This document shows positions 13,968 to 25,800 of a stretch of 64,000 bases of DNA, one piece after another. Location of the stretch: the NCBI RefSeq assembly GCF_046119375.1, contig NW_027362763.1:576662001-576726000 (forward strand), given 5' to 3'. Both the position numbers and the translations under genes were made by a program. The notes below the pieces were generated by a model that had not been told where the DNA came from, made no database searches, and worked only from the letters and a program-made list of their open reading frames with translations. The stretch's first letter is position 1. Each line of letters starts with the position of its first letter. Source of the DNA: Phyllobates terribilis (taxonomy: Eukaryota).

Positions 13968-16900
13968 CTATGAGAAGAGATATAAAAATAATGTCAGTAA
14001 TGGGCCTCCACATTAGAGGATACTGGACAGTAGAGGGGTCTTCTCCATACAGAGGTACGCGGTCATTGCCAGCCATCATACATGTGACAATCCCACCACT
14101 GACAGGTAACATCTGCTCCACGTGACTTCTTCTCACTGACGTCATACAACATGGAGCCTATTGTCACACTTACCTCTTCTACTTTCCACTTCTTCTACTT
14201 TCTCCGGTTACTGTTTTTTTCTCAGTTTTAATACAGATTTTCTGCTCTTCTTAACTGGAAATTCTTATGAGAAAGTAAAAAAAACCATGTTATTATAAAC
14301 TCCTAACACATTATCTTTATATCTTTATGTAGCAGAACTATTTCATTCTTATACCCTATAGTCCGGGCATTCTGGTATTTCATCAGTGCAGAATATGTCA
14401 TATATACAAGGCATCACCTGAGGGCTTGAGCATTAGATTAATATGGACTAGTAGGTTTCCTGTGTGCCGCCATATGGTGTCTGTTCCCTTATTAATATAC
14501 AAATTGCCTCTTCAGAGAGGAAAACAACTTGAACTCTAGCACCCCCTATTGGAAGTCGCAATCCTAAAAGTCAATATCGACCCTTTAAAGGGGATCTGTC
14601 AGCACACTTTTTCTATGTAATCTGAGAGCAGCATTATGTAGGGGAATAGACCCTGATTCTAGAGATGTGTCACTTACTGGACTGTGTTTTGCTGTTTTAA
14701 TACAATCAGTATTTTATCAGCAGGAGATTATCACTGCAGGACAAGCTGCCTTGTGCATTTTAGTCCAACCACACAACACTGATTAGCAGCTCTCTGTCAC
14801 TATATAATGTACACAAAAACTGAGCTCTGCTGGATCTGCAGCAGAGAAAACTATTCCTCAATCCTAACTGCTGCACCCAGTAACTAAGTGACACATCGCT
14901 GGAATCAGGGTCTCTGTTCCCACCTCATGCTGCTGTCGGATTTCATAGCAAAAACCTGCGGACAAATTCCCTGTAATGAGCGCTGCCACATGACTTGGGA
15001 TAAAAGACAAACCAGACACTCAATCTGCAGACGTGTTTCGGGGTGATTGCAAAGCAAGAGTTTTATTTCTAGGGGAAAAGTCTCTACTTGTGGAGAGTGA
15101 CTTGCCCTGACATAGCCAGAAGGAAAGTGAATAAAAACCAGCCGGTGATGTACTTCTTCCAATAAATATTATGTTGGTTACAGAAGAAGAAAAGTTACAA
15201 TTAGGATAGGAGAACATCTCAGTGATATTTCACATAATAGCAGAAAGCGACAGATCTCACCTGCTGGAAATCCTCCTATCACCGCACACTGCAGACGCAT
15301 CTACTGTCACTGCATGTGGCATAGAGAGAACTGATCGTCTGCCCCGTGGTGGGAACAGAAAAAGGCATTTACTGCATACAGACACTTTCTGGATGTTCAC
15401 ACTACTGTAGATATGATTGTTCCCAATGGAATGAACTTATAAAGGGAACTAATGTTTCATTGCTAGCGCCACAATATTCCTTTCCATGTAATTATCTAAT
15501 ATTCACTGTTACAATAGATTTGCCTTGTTACTGGTTTAGGTTTTCCCTTTTTCCCCCTTGCTATGGATTATGCATCATCACCGTGGATTGTGTTGAGGCT
15601 TACATCCTATACCCACTGAAGTTCAGCTGCTACATTCTCTATTTTCCTGTGATGGCTTACACTGGTAAGACGTCTTAAAGACCAGAGGAGCATTGCATGG
15701 CCTATAAGACTCATCACGCTGGCATGTGACTCTCCACAAGGCGAGACGTTACCCCTTACATCTCTTTTTCATATGGTATTATTTGCAGCATGCCACAGTG
15801 TTCTCATATAATCAATTAGATAAAACCTCAATGTAACTATAACGGCATAAAAGCCCATATCAAGCTATAGGCAAAGTGTTCAGGATCAGTTTGGCTCAAA
15901 ACTGTGAGACCGCATTTAACGGAAACCAAAAAAGAGAATTTCTACACACTGAAGTTCAAAAAAGTAATGATCTTCTGAGCCTCCTTGTACACATTCACAT
16001 TGTACTCTGATCATAGACTATAACAAGATATGCTATACACCTGCACATACCTGACGATGTGGAGGAGGATGACGTGCCTTCTCTAGCAGTGAAATCAGTT
16101 CCAGGAGAAGATTCTTTCTGTCTGTTTGGTAGAAGAAAAACATGTAAATTACAAGTAAAAACAATAGAAAATGTTAAGACACCAGTATGCAAGGCCAATT
16201 AGATCAACATGGAGGGGATATTCTGTCCAGGACCCTCCTCTTCTATTAGGAAGAATTGAGATCCACTAAATATTATGGCCCTCAGTCACTGGAAATAAAT
16301 GACTGGTAGTCAGAGTAATCACAAGTCAGAGCCACAGCGATCAATAATTATGGATTGGTGACTGCTGGATTTTATGTTGTGTTACTTGTATCTTGTATAT
16401 GTTGTTCTGATCACATTATATCGGATCTAAACCCCACAATATTAATCTACTCACATTTCTGAGTGTTTTTTTCTTTTTTCTATGGGAGAATTCACTGGAG
16501 GCTCATTGGGATCCTCATTATCCATCACCCTAGTTTTGGTGGTACATAGCTAAAATACAGAGAAAGATAAAATGTAAAACATACATCGTTCTGAACTTTT
16601 TTTAATTCTAGGTTTTGCAGTTGTAATGGGTCTCAGACTTACATTAACAAGCCTTTGAGTTGATGATACAAAGTTGTGGTTTTCTGGCCAGTCATTCTCC
16701 TCGCTTGTGTCCCCTTCACTTGAGTCCATATGTTTGTATATCCAGGAGTGAGCTACAAAGTGTAAGTAAAGTAGTATCAGAGATTATTAGAATAAAACAC
16801 TGTCACACACAATCACCATGTTATCACTAATAATGATAGGAACTGATTGTCACATAAAGTGAAAGACAAGACAAACAACAGTTTGTTCCAGATGACGTCT

Positions 16901-19900
16901 CATTCTACTTACGCTCAAAGTGGCTGGTGTCCACATCTGACACCAGATGAGGAACATACAGGGGCCTCTGACTTAGAAGGTTGGCAAAGTCTAAGTTACG
17001 CAGGAATGGATGACTCTTAATCTCATTTGCTCCTCCTGGAAAAGGAAAACAAAAAAAAATCTGATACAGACATCAGAGACTGCTACACATCCGTATAGTT
17101 TGCATTTATCTCAACTGCAGATGTAGCAGAGCCTATGTGAGTTAAATATACTGAAAATCATAGCATGACGAATGGGAATAGGACAAGTAGGAAAAGTAGA
17201 GAATCTCAGTGCTAATTCACATGGACATGATCTTCTATAATAACTTACTATTAATAATATTATATACATTACTTGTCTCAAGTCTTTGCGCTGGATTTTT
17301 TCTGAGCATCCCAGTGATGATATCCTGAGCTTTGGGTGGGAGAAGGAAATTGTAAAATTTCCAAACTACATTATCTGTCAAAAAAGGAAAACAAAACAAA
17401 TATTACAGAAAGTAAAATCTCTTCATTTACTGTAATATAAAAACCTCTGCTTAACAAAGAACTAAACCTAAGAACCAAATATAAGCAACTGAACCAAATA
17501 ACAAGGACATTATATAGAATTCTGTTTATTTTACTTACCCCTGCAAATATTGCCAAGAACCTCAATTGTAGAACTTCCATCAAATGGTACAAATCCTAAA
17601 AGAAATTTATATAGGATGATTCCTATTGACCACCAGTCAACAGGTCTTCCAAAGCCTTTCTGAAGTATAACTTCTGGGGCTATGTAATAGGGAGTGCCAG
17701 GCATCTGGAAACCAACAGAAGAATGAGATGAAGATCAATGAATAGAATTGTCACAAATAACATCAATGGAAAGTTTTTTTAGATGAGAAAATATCATAGA
17801 AGCCGAAATAGAAGAGATCTCTAAAGAATAAAACCCTATACGTAATGTTGACCTTGTCATCACAGAACTCTTTGGTGATGTTTTCCCTTAGAGACTTGTA
17901 GACGTCTGATGTAGGTCTCATGAGGCCGATTTTTGAAAGCCCAAAATCGGTGACCTTAATGTGTCCAGTTGATGTTATCAGGAGACTGTGAAAGAAAAGA
18001 CAGTGTTAGCCCCAAGTAATAACTCATAGATTGTATAACAAACTCTAAATTTCTTCCCCATTATTATAGGGGTCACTTACTTCTCAGGCTTTAGGTCTCT
18101 GTGCACCACACCATAGCTATGCAGGTATTCCACAGCGAGAACCGTTTCTGCAATGTACATGCGGGCCAAGGGTACAGGTAAAGAACCATCGAAAGGACCT
18201 CCGCGCTTCATAAGAGTGGCACAGTCTCCTCCTACAGCAGGAAAAAAAGACAGCTGAGGGTTTGTTACAATGTAAATCACACATGAATGAATGACCGACT
18301 GAATGAAAAATAAGTGGAGATATTGAGGTAGGGCGTAATACCTAGAGATATACTGTATAAAGAGGAGCATATATTATATAGTTTAGAGTGGCCCTATACA
18401 AGAAAATAGAGGAGGACCCAATCTACAAGCCTCTTATTTCTCTATGAAAGTGCTCATCTATGCAAACTGGTAAAATAACGTCAAATCCTCCTTTTATCCA
18501 TAGCAGAAATTACAGACTTTACTCAGTGAGGACGAACATGGGAGACTTTCACAGAGATAAGTAATTTTCCAGGCATTTTGGTAATAGATGACTAAAAGTA
18601 ATTGCAGTGTGGACATTTAATGGTCGTCCATGAGGTCATTTAATGGTCGTCCATGTGGACATGTAATTGTCGTCCATGTGGACATGTAATCGTCATCCAT
18701 GTGGACATGTAATCATCATGAATTGGGTGCTTGGAGTTCAGGAGACATGGGCCGGATGTAGATACAATATATAATGTCCTACCTGCTACGTACTCCATGA
18801 CCATACACAGATGAGACTTAGTAGGAAAAGAGCATAACATGGAGAGCACAAAGGGATTATCAGCGAATGCTAGGATGTCCCTCTCTTGAAAGGCCTGCTC
18901 AACTTGCTCTGGCTTCTTCAGGTTCTGCTTGTTCAGTTTCTTCATAGTGAATACCTTGTTGGTGTCTTTATGATGCACTAAGTGGACGGTTCTGGAGGAG
19001 AGGAAAATCCATGATTTAAAATGAATCCTTATTAACAGACTGTTTATAGACCACATCAAATGGTCTTCTGTACTAATGGTTACTAGGTTAATACTAGATG
19101 TACGGTCATTAGAAATCCATGTATAAATAATAAGATCACATTACATAAATGATCACCTATGGGAGGTTGTCACGCCTGTCACATCCTAGCTGATTATATA
19201 GTGACATTGATGTGGGTAATGTATATAATGCCAACATAAAACTCACCCAAATGCTCCACTGCTGAACAGTTTGATTGATTCATAGTCGTTTTTACACGGC
19301 TTTTTCTCTGGGTTCAATGATTTGATCAAGGCCTAGAAAAGAAAATTACATTTTTTAGACATAAAAGCTGCAGGAAAATCCTAGCTCCAGATGAAGGAAC
19401 TTCTCACTGCCTGCCTGATACATGGACCTCCACAGACACTGTTGTATTATAGGGGATATCCTCCATACACATATGTGACTGTACAAGGGATATCACACAG
19501 AGGAGTCAGCAATAAAACTGCTGTCATCACACACAATAGATATGATCTACATTGAAAATAGAGCTATCCCATTGTCTCCTGGGGTATAATATTGGATGGA
19601 TTTCACTCCCCGTTATCTGATGATATACAGACGTCTCCCTCGGATGCTTACACTGTCAGATTCATGGATCTTTGGTGTCTCATCTATTCCATGATCAGTA
19701 TTTCCAGATACAGTTATTTCTAAAATAATGAAGAGACATCACGTATTAGACTACACCAGTACCTGACATATAGCACGTAATATATAACATATCACTATAA
19801 AAAGTCTGCAGGACTGCACCTCTGTAAATGGTATTAGCACTGGGTATATAGATATTTTTCTCACACTGTATATATTCATGGCATGTCCATAGACAGCAGT

Positions 19901-21226
19901 CACAGCCTCATATACAGGATAGAGCGTAAGGCCTCATTCAGACGGCAGTTTGATCAGAGTTTCCTCAGTTTTTTTCACTGATGAGAAACAAAATTCAAGT
20001 TTCTCCACCTTCTCCTATCTGTCAGTCAGCGAAAATCAGAAAGGATAGCACTCGTCCATGAAAAACTGATGTGTGAATGAGGCCTAAATCTACATATTCT
20101 CAGATGTCTCCATAATATTTAGATGTGTGTAAGAATATTAGATGATCGGCTTACCTTCTGTAATGCACACGCCCGGGCTGAGCGGCGTGTGCGTGTGATT
20201 CCACTGGACCGTGCCGGAGAGTGAATGCCTGGAGGGGCGTAACTAGGTATTCACCCGATCAGACCAGGGTCGCACGACGGCATACGACGCCAGTGCACCA
20301 AGGAGGAACCGAGCAGAGGGACCAGGTGCTACTCCAGGACAGACCCCGAACACGGCTGTTGACCCACACAGGGGAATACAGGAACAGACTGGTTAGGCTG
20401 GCACACAGACTGGTGGGAATAGGCAGGCATGACTGGTATGCAGGCAGGCGGGTATGCAGGCAGGGGGGTACAGGCAAGCACGGCTAGAGTGCAGACAGGG
20501 AGGCACTAGCAGGTAGGAACACAGGCGGGATAGGACCCAGTACACACTGGGACTCAGGAACAGAACCACAGATGTGGCGGACAAACACAGCAGAGTGAGC
20601 GGTGAGCAAGAGTAGAGCAGGACAAGGCCGCCTGGAGCGGGTCTAGGTAGCAGCCCCTAGAAGGCGGGAGGAACAGGCTAGGAGCATGTTCAGACAGGAC
20701 AGACTAGATACAGGAGCGGGTCTAGGAATGCAGCCCCTAGAGGGTGTGAGGAACAGGCTAGGAGCGTGTTCAGACAGGCCTGGAAATACAGCCTCCAGGA
20801 TAGGCAGACAAGAGAACACAGAAGGGACCTGGCACATTCAGAGTGCAAGAGCACACTAAATGAAACACAATGCTCAGGCAAGGGTTAATTGGAGCAGCTG
20901 GTTTAAATACCAGGTGACAGACAGCAATAGGCTGATGATGCACAAGGGGTGTGCCTGCAGCAGGTACAAAAAGCAGGAAGTGATCGGGCGCCGCCCTTAA
21001 GCAGCAGCACACAGAAGCAAACAGACAGCATGGAGGGAAGCCAGAGAGACATTCTGGATTGGAGATCAAGTGAGCGCTCTTGCACAGTGGGAGATGGACC
21101 ACTATGCAAGGACGCCGCCAGGTATGTTACACCTTCTATCAGATCACTGTTTAGCCCCCGCTGACTGGTATTAGGGTCCGGGACATATAGGTTTTTCACC
21201 TTTTCAAAGTCACCTTTTGATGTTCC
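13870..21226 (-). CDS. MAST-family (microtubule-associated Ser/Thr, AGC group) kinase-like gene; 14 exons recovered, 5' end not found, PDZ absent
   Basis: Spliced product contains [63 protein letters not shown] and AGC C-tail DVDTSHF; all introns are GT-AG and all phases match. Confidence 0.9.
14174..14254 (-). CDS. MAST-like exon m ([26 protein letters not shown]), with in-frame TAA at 14210-14208
   Basis: ttccag acceptor, GTAAGT donor, 81 nt symmetric phase 1/1. Confidence 0.7.
14589..14972. mobile_element. Kolobok/T2-type MITE in intron
   Basis: TTAA then AGGGATCTGTCAGCA; imperfect inverted end (..GCGGACAAATTCCCT) followed by GTAA. Confidence 0.55.
16051..16121 (-). CDS. MAST-like exon l ([10 protein letters not shown]...SSTSS)
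   Basis: aacag acceptor, GTATGT donor, phase 2/1. Confidence 0.75.
16455..16549 (-). CDS. MAST-like exon k ([14 protein letters not shown]...KRKKHSE)
   Basis: ttttag acceptor, GTGAGT donor, phase 0/2. Confidence 0.8.
16643..16752 (-). CDS. MAST-like exon j ([18 protein letters not shown]...SSTQRLVN)
   Basis: tgtag acceptor, GTAAGT donor; acidic tail like the MAST post-kinase exon. Confidence 0.85.
16913..17035 (-). CDS. MAST-like exon i ([11 protein letters not shown]...DVDTSHFE; AGC C-terminal tail)
   Basis: tccag acceptor, GTAAGT donor, 123 nt. Confidence 0.93.
17273..17374 (-). CDS. MAST-like exon h (DNVVW...[19 protein letters not shown])
   Basis: gacag acceptor, GTAAT donor, 102 nt, subdomain XI Arg present. 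Confidence 0.92.
17539..17704 (-). CDS. MAST-like exon g ([11 protein letters not shown]...[11 protein letters not shown]...)
   Basis: ttccag acceptor, GTAAGT donor, 166 nt. Confidence 0.95.
17853..17985 (-). CDS. MAST-like exon f ([22 protein letters not shown]...KEFCDDK)
   Basis: cacag acceptor; weak GTCAAC donor gives the required phase 0; contains DFG. Confidence 0.93.
18081..18231 (-). CDS. MAST-like exon e (GGDCATL...HRDLKPE; catalytic loop)
   Basis: tgtag acceptor, GTAAGT donor, 151 nt, phase 1/2. Confidence 0.96.
18783..18991 (-). CDS. MAST-like exon d ([18 protein letters not shown]...MVMEYVA; subdomains I-V)
   Basis: tccag acceptor, GTAGG donor, 209 nt, phase 2/1. Confidence 0.95.
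19247..19332 (-). CDS. MAST-like exon c (..[19 protein letters not shown]; Gly-rich loop)
   Basis: ttctag acceptor, GTGAGT donor; corresponds to the MAST KP..DF..IKLISNGAYG motif. Confidence 0.92.
19652..19719 (-). CDS. MAST-like exon b (EITVSGNTD...ESDS), phase 1/0
   Basis: ttttag acceptor, GTAAGC donor, open frame. Confidence 0.75.
19930..20084. mobile_element. PIF/Harbinger-type MITE (155 bp)
   Basis: TIRs GGCCTCATTCA / TGAATGAGGCC; TAA on both sides. Confidence 0.78.
20159..21131 (-). mobile_element. Solo LTR (973 bp), TSD CCTTC, inserted at a MAST-like splice donor
   Basis: TGTAA...TTACA termini; CCTTC at 20154-20158 and 21132-21136; same family as 48425-50174. Confidence 0.92.
21133..21226 (-). 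CDS. MAST-like exon a (GTSKGDFEK...SDLIE), phase 0/1
   Basis: ttcag acceptor; its donor is now supplied by the LTR junction (see findings); phase fits the next exon. Confidence 0.7.
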
Positions 21227-21282
21227 CTGAAGGTTATATGTACAATTAATATAACATTTCATAAATAGTAATTTGCCATATA

Positions 21283-22897
21283 CAGTACAGACCAAAAGTT
21301 TGGACACACCTTCTCATTTAAAGATTTTTCTGCATTTTCATGACTATGAAAATTGGACATTCACACTGAAGGCATCAAAACTATGAATTAACACATGTGG
21401 AATTATATACTTAACAAAAAAGTGTGAAACAACTGAAAATATATCTTATATTCTAGGTTCTTCAAAGTAGCCACCTTTTGCTTTGATGACTGCTTTGCAC
21501 ACTCTTGGCATTCTCTTGATGAGCTTCAAGAGGTAGTCACCGGAAATGGTTTTCACTTCACAGGTGTGCCCTGTCAGGTTTAATAAGTGGGATTTCTTGC
21601 CTTATAAATGGGGTTGGGACCATCAGTTGTGTTGTGCAGAAGTCTGGTGGATACACAGCTAATAGACGTTAGAATTTGTATTATGGCAAGTAAAAAGCAG
21701 CTAAGTAAAGAAAAACGAGTGGCTATCATTACTTTAAGAAATGAAGGTCAGTCAGTCCGAAAAATTGGGAAACTTTGAAAGTGTCCCCAAGTGCAGTTGC
21801 AAAAACCATCAAGCAATACAAAGAAACTGGCTCACATGAGGACCGCCCCAGGAAAGGAAGACCAAGAGTCACCTCTGCTTCTGAGGATAAGTTTATCCGA
21901 GTCACCAGCCTCAGAAATTGCAGGTTAACAGCAGCTCAGATTAGAGACCGGGTCAATGCCACACAGAGTTCTAGCAGCAGACACATCTCTACAACAACTG
22001 TTAAGAGGAGACTTTGTGCAGCAGGCCTTCATGGTAAAATAGCTGCTAGGAAACCACTGCTAAGGACAGGCAACAAGCAGAAGAGACTTGTTTGGGCTAA
22101 AGAACACAAGGAATGGACATTAGACCAGTGGAAATCTGTGCTTTGGTCTGTTGAGTCCAAATTTGAGATCTTTGGTTCCAACCACCGTGTCTTTGTGCGA
22201 CGCAGAAAAGGTGAACGGATGGACTCTACATGCCTGGTTCCCACCGTGAAGCATGGAGGAGGAGGTGTGATGGTGTGGGGGTGCTTTGCTGGTGACTCTG
22301 TTGGGGATTTATTCAAAATTTATGTCATACTGAACCAGCATGGCTACCACAGCATCTTGCAGCGGCATGCTATTCCATCCGGTTTGGGTTTAGTTGGACC
22401 ATCATTTATGTTTCAACAGGACAATGACCTCAAACACACCTCCAGGCTGTGTAAGGGCTATTTGACCAAGAAGGAGAGTGATGGGGTGCTACGTCAGATG
22501 ACCTGGCCTCCACAGTCACCAGACCTGAACCCAATCGAGATGGTTTGGGGTGAGCTGGACCGCAGAGTGAAGGCAAAAGGGCCAACAAGTGCTAAGCATC
22601 TCTGGGAACTCCTTCAAGATTGTTGGAAGACCATTTCCGGTGACTACCTCTTGAAGCTCATCAAGAGAATGCCAAGAGTGTGCAAAGCAGTCATCAAAGC
22701 AAAAGGTGGCTACTTTGAAGAACCTAGAATATAAGACATATTTTCAGTTGTTTCACACTTTTTTGTTAAGTATATAATTCCACATGTGTTAATTCATAGT
22801 GTTGATGCCTTCAGTGTGAATGTACAATTTTCATAGTCATGAAAATACAGAAAAATCTTTAAATGAGAAGGTGTGTCCAAACTTTTGGTCTGTACTG
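21283..22897 (+). mobile_element. Full-length Tc1 (DD34E) transposon, 1615 bp, long IR/DR-type TIRs
   Basis: TA at both ends; ~200-bp inverted repeats starting CAGTACAGACCAAAAGTTTGGACACACC. Confidence 0.97.
21683..22734 (+). pseudogene. Tc1 transposase, inactivated
   Basis: GRPR linker, VMVWGCF, FQQDND, SPDLNPIE; frameshift near 21770 after MASKKQLSKEKR...; first catalytic D is replaced by V (WSVESKF, 22150-22152). Confidence 0.93.
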
Positions 22898-22899
22898 TA

Positions 22900-24780
22900 T
22901 ATACGAGTAGCCTATCACCCACACTGTTGGCTTAGCGTCACCTGTAAAAGAAACAAACCACGTTAGGATAACAAGTCCGGTCTTATGTACCTCGCCAAAC
23001 ACGTGGATCGCCATCTCCCTATCGTCTGAACTTCCGTTTGTGACAGTCCTGCTCTTGATGCTTCCGTGGCCGCGCCTATGCGGAATGAGTGTGTCCCATA
23101 ATCTTTGGGGTGGTTCCCTGCCGATGTTATGCATTTATTAAATATAGCTTGGAACTGGTATCTTGATAATGGGGTTCCATCAATGTGTGATAGGAAAAAA
23201 TTACTTTGTGATCTGATGGTTATATATGTTTTTACTATTGTTACCCGACTCAGCGTACCATTTGTGGGTTGTAGTAGTACCCAAGTGCCCCTGCCCGCTG
23301 GAACCGTTTTCGATTTGCGTATGCGTAGACGTATTGCATTATTGGCTATGACTACGTCCTGGTGTAATAAGCCTCCACTGGTGTTAATTTTGGATTGAGG
23401 GACTAATTCGCTTATGCATAGCGCCCCGAAGAAGGCGATCGCAAATACAGTAGACAGTAGTGTTGCTTCGAATTGTGAGTATCATGTTAATGGTGTTAGG
23501 GATATGATGTGAGAAATCAGTTTTAGTGACACGGGACGGGACGTCTACACTCCTGACTTGTCTGACCCCTTTTCCACCCTTTTATGGATTGTCTGATGAT
23601 GAATCTCTTTGTCAATTCAGTAGTTGGAAGTGAAATACTACTCCGGTCAGCCACCGCTGCGCTGACGCCCCTGATATGCCCCTCATCATTAGCTGGTGCA
23701 GAAATTCTATGGTGACTTGTAATCTGGCTTGTTCACATTGGTCAACCCGCCTGCCTGCTACTAGTCGTGTCCACTGTTCCCATGCCTTACCGTATGCTTG
23801 CCACATCGACGGGGCAACTGACGCTCTGATTAATGGCATCAACTATTCTCCACTAGATCCCATAGGGAGGCTGGGCAACTGTTGCCCGATGGGTGAGCGT
23901 TGGGGAGGAGCTCTGTGAAAATCTGCCAATTGAATTGTGATAAAGCGTTAGCAGCAGCGTTAGACCCCTCAGCATCGTGGCTAGCGCGGACCCATACATT
24001 GTGTTTTAGGCACAGGAATGCTAGCCGGCATAGTAGGCCTAGCACTGGGAGAGACGATGATGCCATATTATTAATGAAGTGCGCTAGGCTGGTGTTTTTT
24101 GTTATGAAGAGTATATTTTTGTTAGCCAGGCGTGCGCCCCATATTTCTATTGCTACCACTATTGGAAACAATTCCAGGACTGTCTGTTTTTTTGTCAGCA
24201 CTTGTTCTGCCCAATATGGAGGCCATAAGTTGTGCACCATTGGTTATTTAGTATCGCTGCATATCCGCCTGATTCTGCCGCCCCGGTGAATAATCTTAGT
24301 TGAATGTTGGACTGTTCTGCTGACATAAATAACGTGTGACCGTTGAATGATTATAAGAAGGTTTTCCACACCTCTAAGTCCGCCCGTAGCTGCCTGCTGA
24401 TTCTGATTGTATGACTCGGTTTAGATGCCCCTTTTGTTGCGGGCGATAATTGAAGAGAAAAAACCCTTCCGACTGGCATCACCCGGCTCGCAAACACGAG
24501 GAGACCTAGTAATACTTGCATCTGCTGTAGTGTTACTTTCCATACTGCGCAAAAAACCTAGATCAGGTGTAATGTTTTGGTATTTTTTCCCATGGGAGGC
24601 GGAACAACCTTGCTGTGGTGTCGATTTCGAAGCCTAAGAACGATTTTTTTTACTTGTGGGGCCTATGTTTTTGGTTCGGCATAATGGGACTCCAAACCGA
24701 TGTGAGATGTTTGTGAATTTGTTGAGTAAGGGGCAGCGAAAGTGGATGACCAATCGTCACATGGCAGAAAAAGAAAGGAA
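22900..24780 (-). mobile_element. Tyrosine-recombinase retrotransposon (DIRS order, Ngaro-like), 5'-truncated and decayed
   Basis: In order: RT tail (RFGVPL..FLGFEIDT..RLP), RNase H (LELFPIVVAIEIWG), recombinase N-domain (SVAPSMWQAYGKAW), catalytic YGTHSFRIGAATEA...IGRWRS...RYIRP at ~22975-23100. Confidence 0.88.
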
Positions 24781-25320
24781 AAAATCAGCTCACCCACCTA
24801 GAAGATCAACAGCACGGAGCCAGGAGTGCTACCAGACGAACATGAGGAACCAGGAAGATCCAGCTGAACAAATCTTCTAAAATCCACTTTTTATTGGGTC
24901 ATACAAAAAATATTTTAAAAATCCACCTTGGAGAAGAACAGCAAACGCGTTTCTAACTAAAGGTTCTTAATCATTGCATAGCAAAAAAACAGCAAGGAAG
25001 TGGTATGTATATGTCATGTCCTGCTATGCACCTGTTCAAGGCTGAGTTAATCAGAAATTTAAACACACATACCATGTTAAAATCGTATAGCATAGAAACA
25101 ATGCATATAAATGTAAATAATCCAAAAGAAAAAGAAAATAAGAAAAAAGGAACATATATATAATAATAATCTATAAATGATCATTCATAATGATACATCA
25201 AATCATGTCTGATGTTTAAACCCGCTGGTACACGTGTATTTAAAGTATAAATCCACCAACTTTCTCTATTAAGGAGCTTTCTCCTATAATCATCCACCAA
25301 ATCTCCACCAATCGCCACGG
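24780..25320 (-). mobile_element. Penelope-like element 3' fragment
   Basis: GIY-YIG C-terminal remnant (LLNRE..W/IYTLNTRVPAGLN) plus UTR with a degenerate ..GAAACGCGT hammerhead-like remnant near 24950. Confidence 0.65.
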
Positions 25321-25529
25321 CCCACGGAGGGGCCACCACAGTCAGTGAATCCTTCCTTATTTAGTATAGAGTCTACCAGTACTTTGGGCGTATTAGCCCA
25401 GCTGCGAAGCAAGCTTCACTGCCTGTGTATCTAATAATAATATTTAACTGCATCTAGCCTAGGCAGACTGTGGGGACCCCCAACCAAACCCAGACGCTCT
25501 GCATCTAACCCAGCCAATCATTTGAAAGT

Positions 25530-25800
25530 ATTGCTAGTAGCAGAGTCGCATGGGCTCTAAACCTTGCATAGCCTGTGCATTTTTTCAGATCGATAAGGAT
25601 GACCCTACTCGTGTTATCTGTAACATTTGTCACCAAAAGCTAAGTAGAGGCCAAAAAATCCATAGTTTGAGTACTTCATGCATGAACCGTCACATGGATA
25701 TGAAGCATAAGTTGCAGTGCGAAGCTCACTGTGCTACAATGTGGCCTAGCGGGCCGGGACAACCACCATCTGCCCCACCTGTGTCATTCTGGGGAGACTA
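25530..25800 (+). pseudogene. hAT transposase BED zinc-finger fragment
   Basis: FFQIDKDDPTRVICNICHQKLSRG..LSTSCMNRHMDMKH matches the BED finger pattern. Confidence 0.75.

Noticed and set aside
14905-15217. Possible additional kinase exon (SPR-containing ORFs)
   Set aside because: Exons 16051 and 14254 already join in phase; no convincing acceptor/donor pair of matching phase
20903-21307. 134-aa ORF as an independent gene
   Set aside because: Chimera of intron/Tc1 end, a real 31-codon exon and LTR read-through
24935-24975. Functional hammerhead in the first Penelope fragment
   Set aside because: The CUGANGA core is degenerate (TTAAGAA); only GAAACGCGT remains
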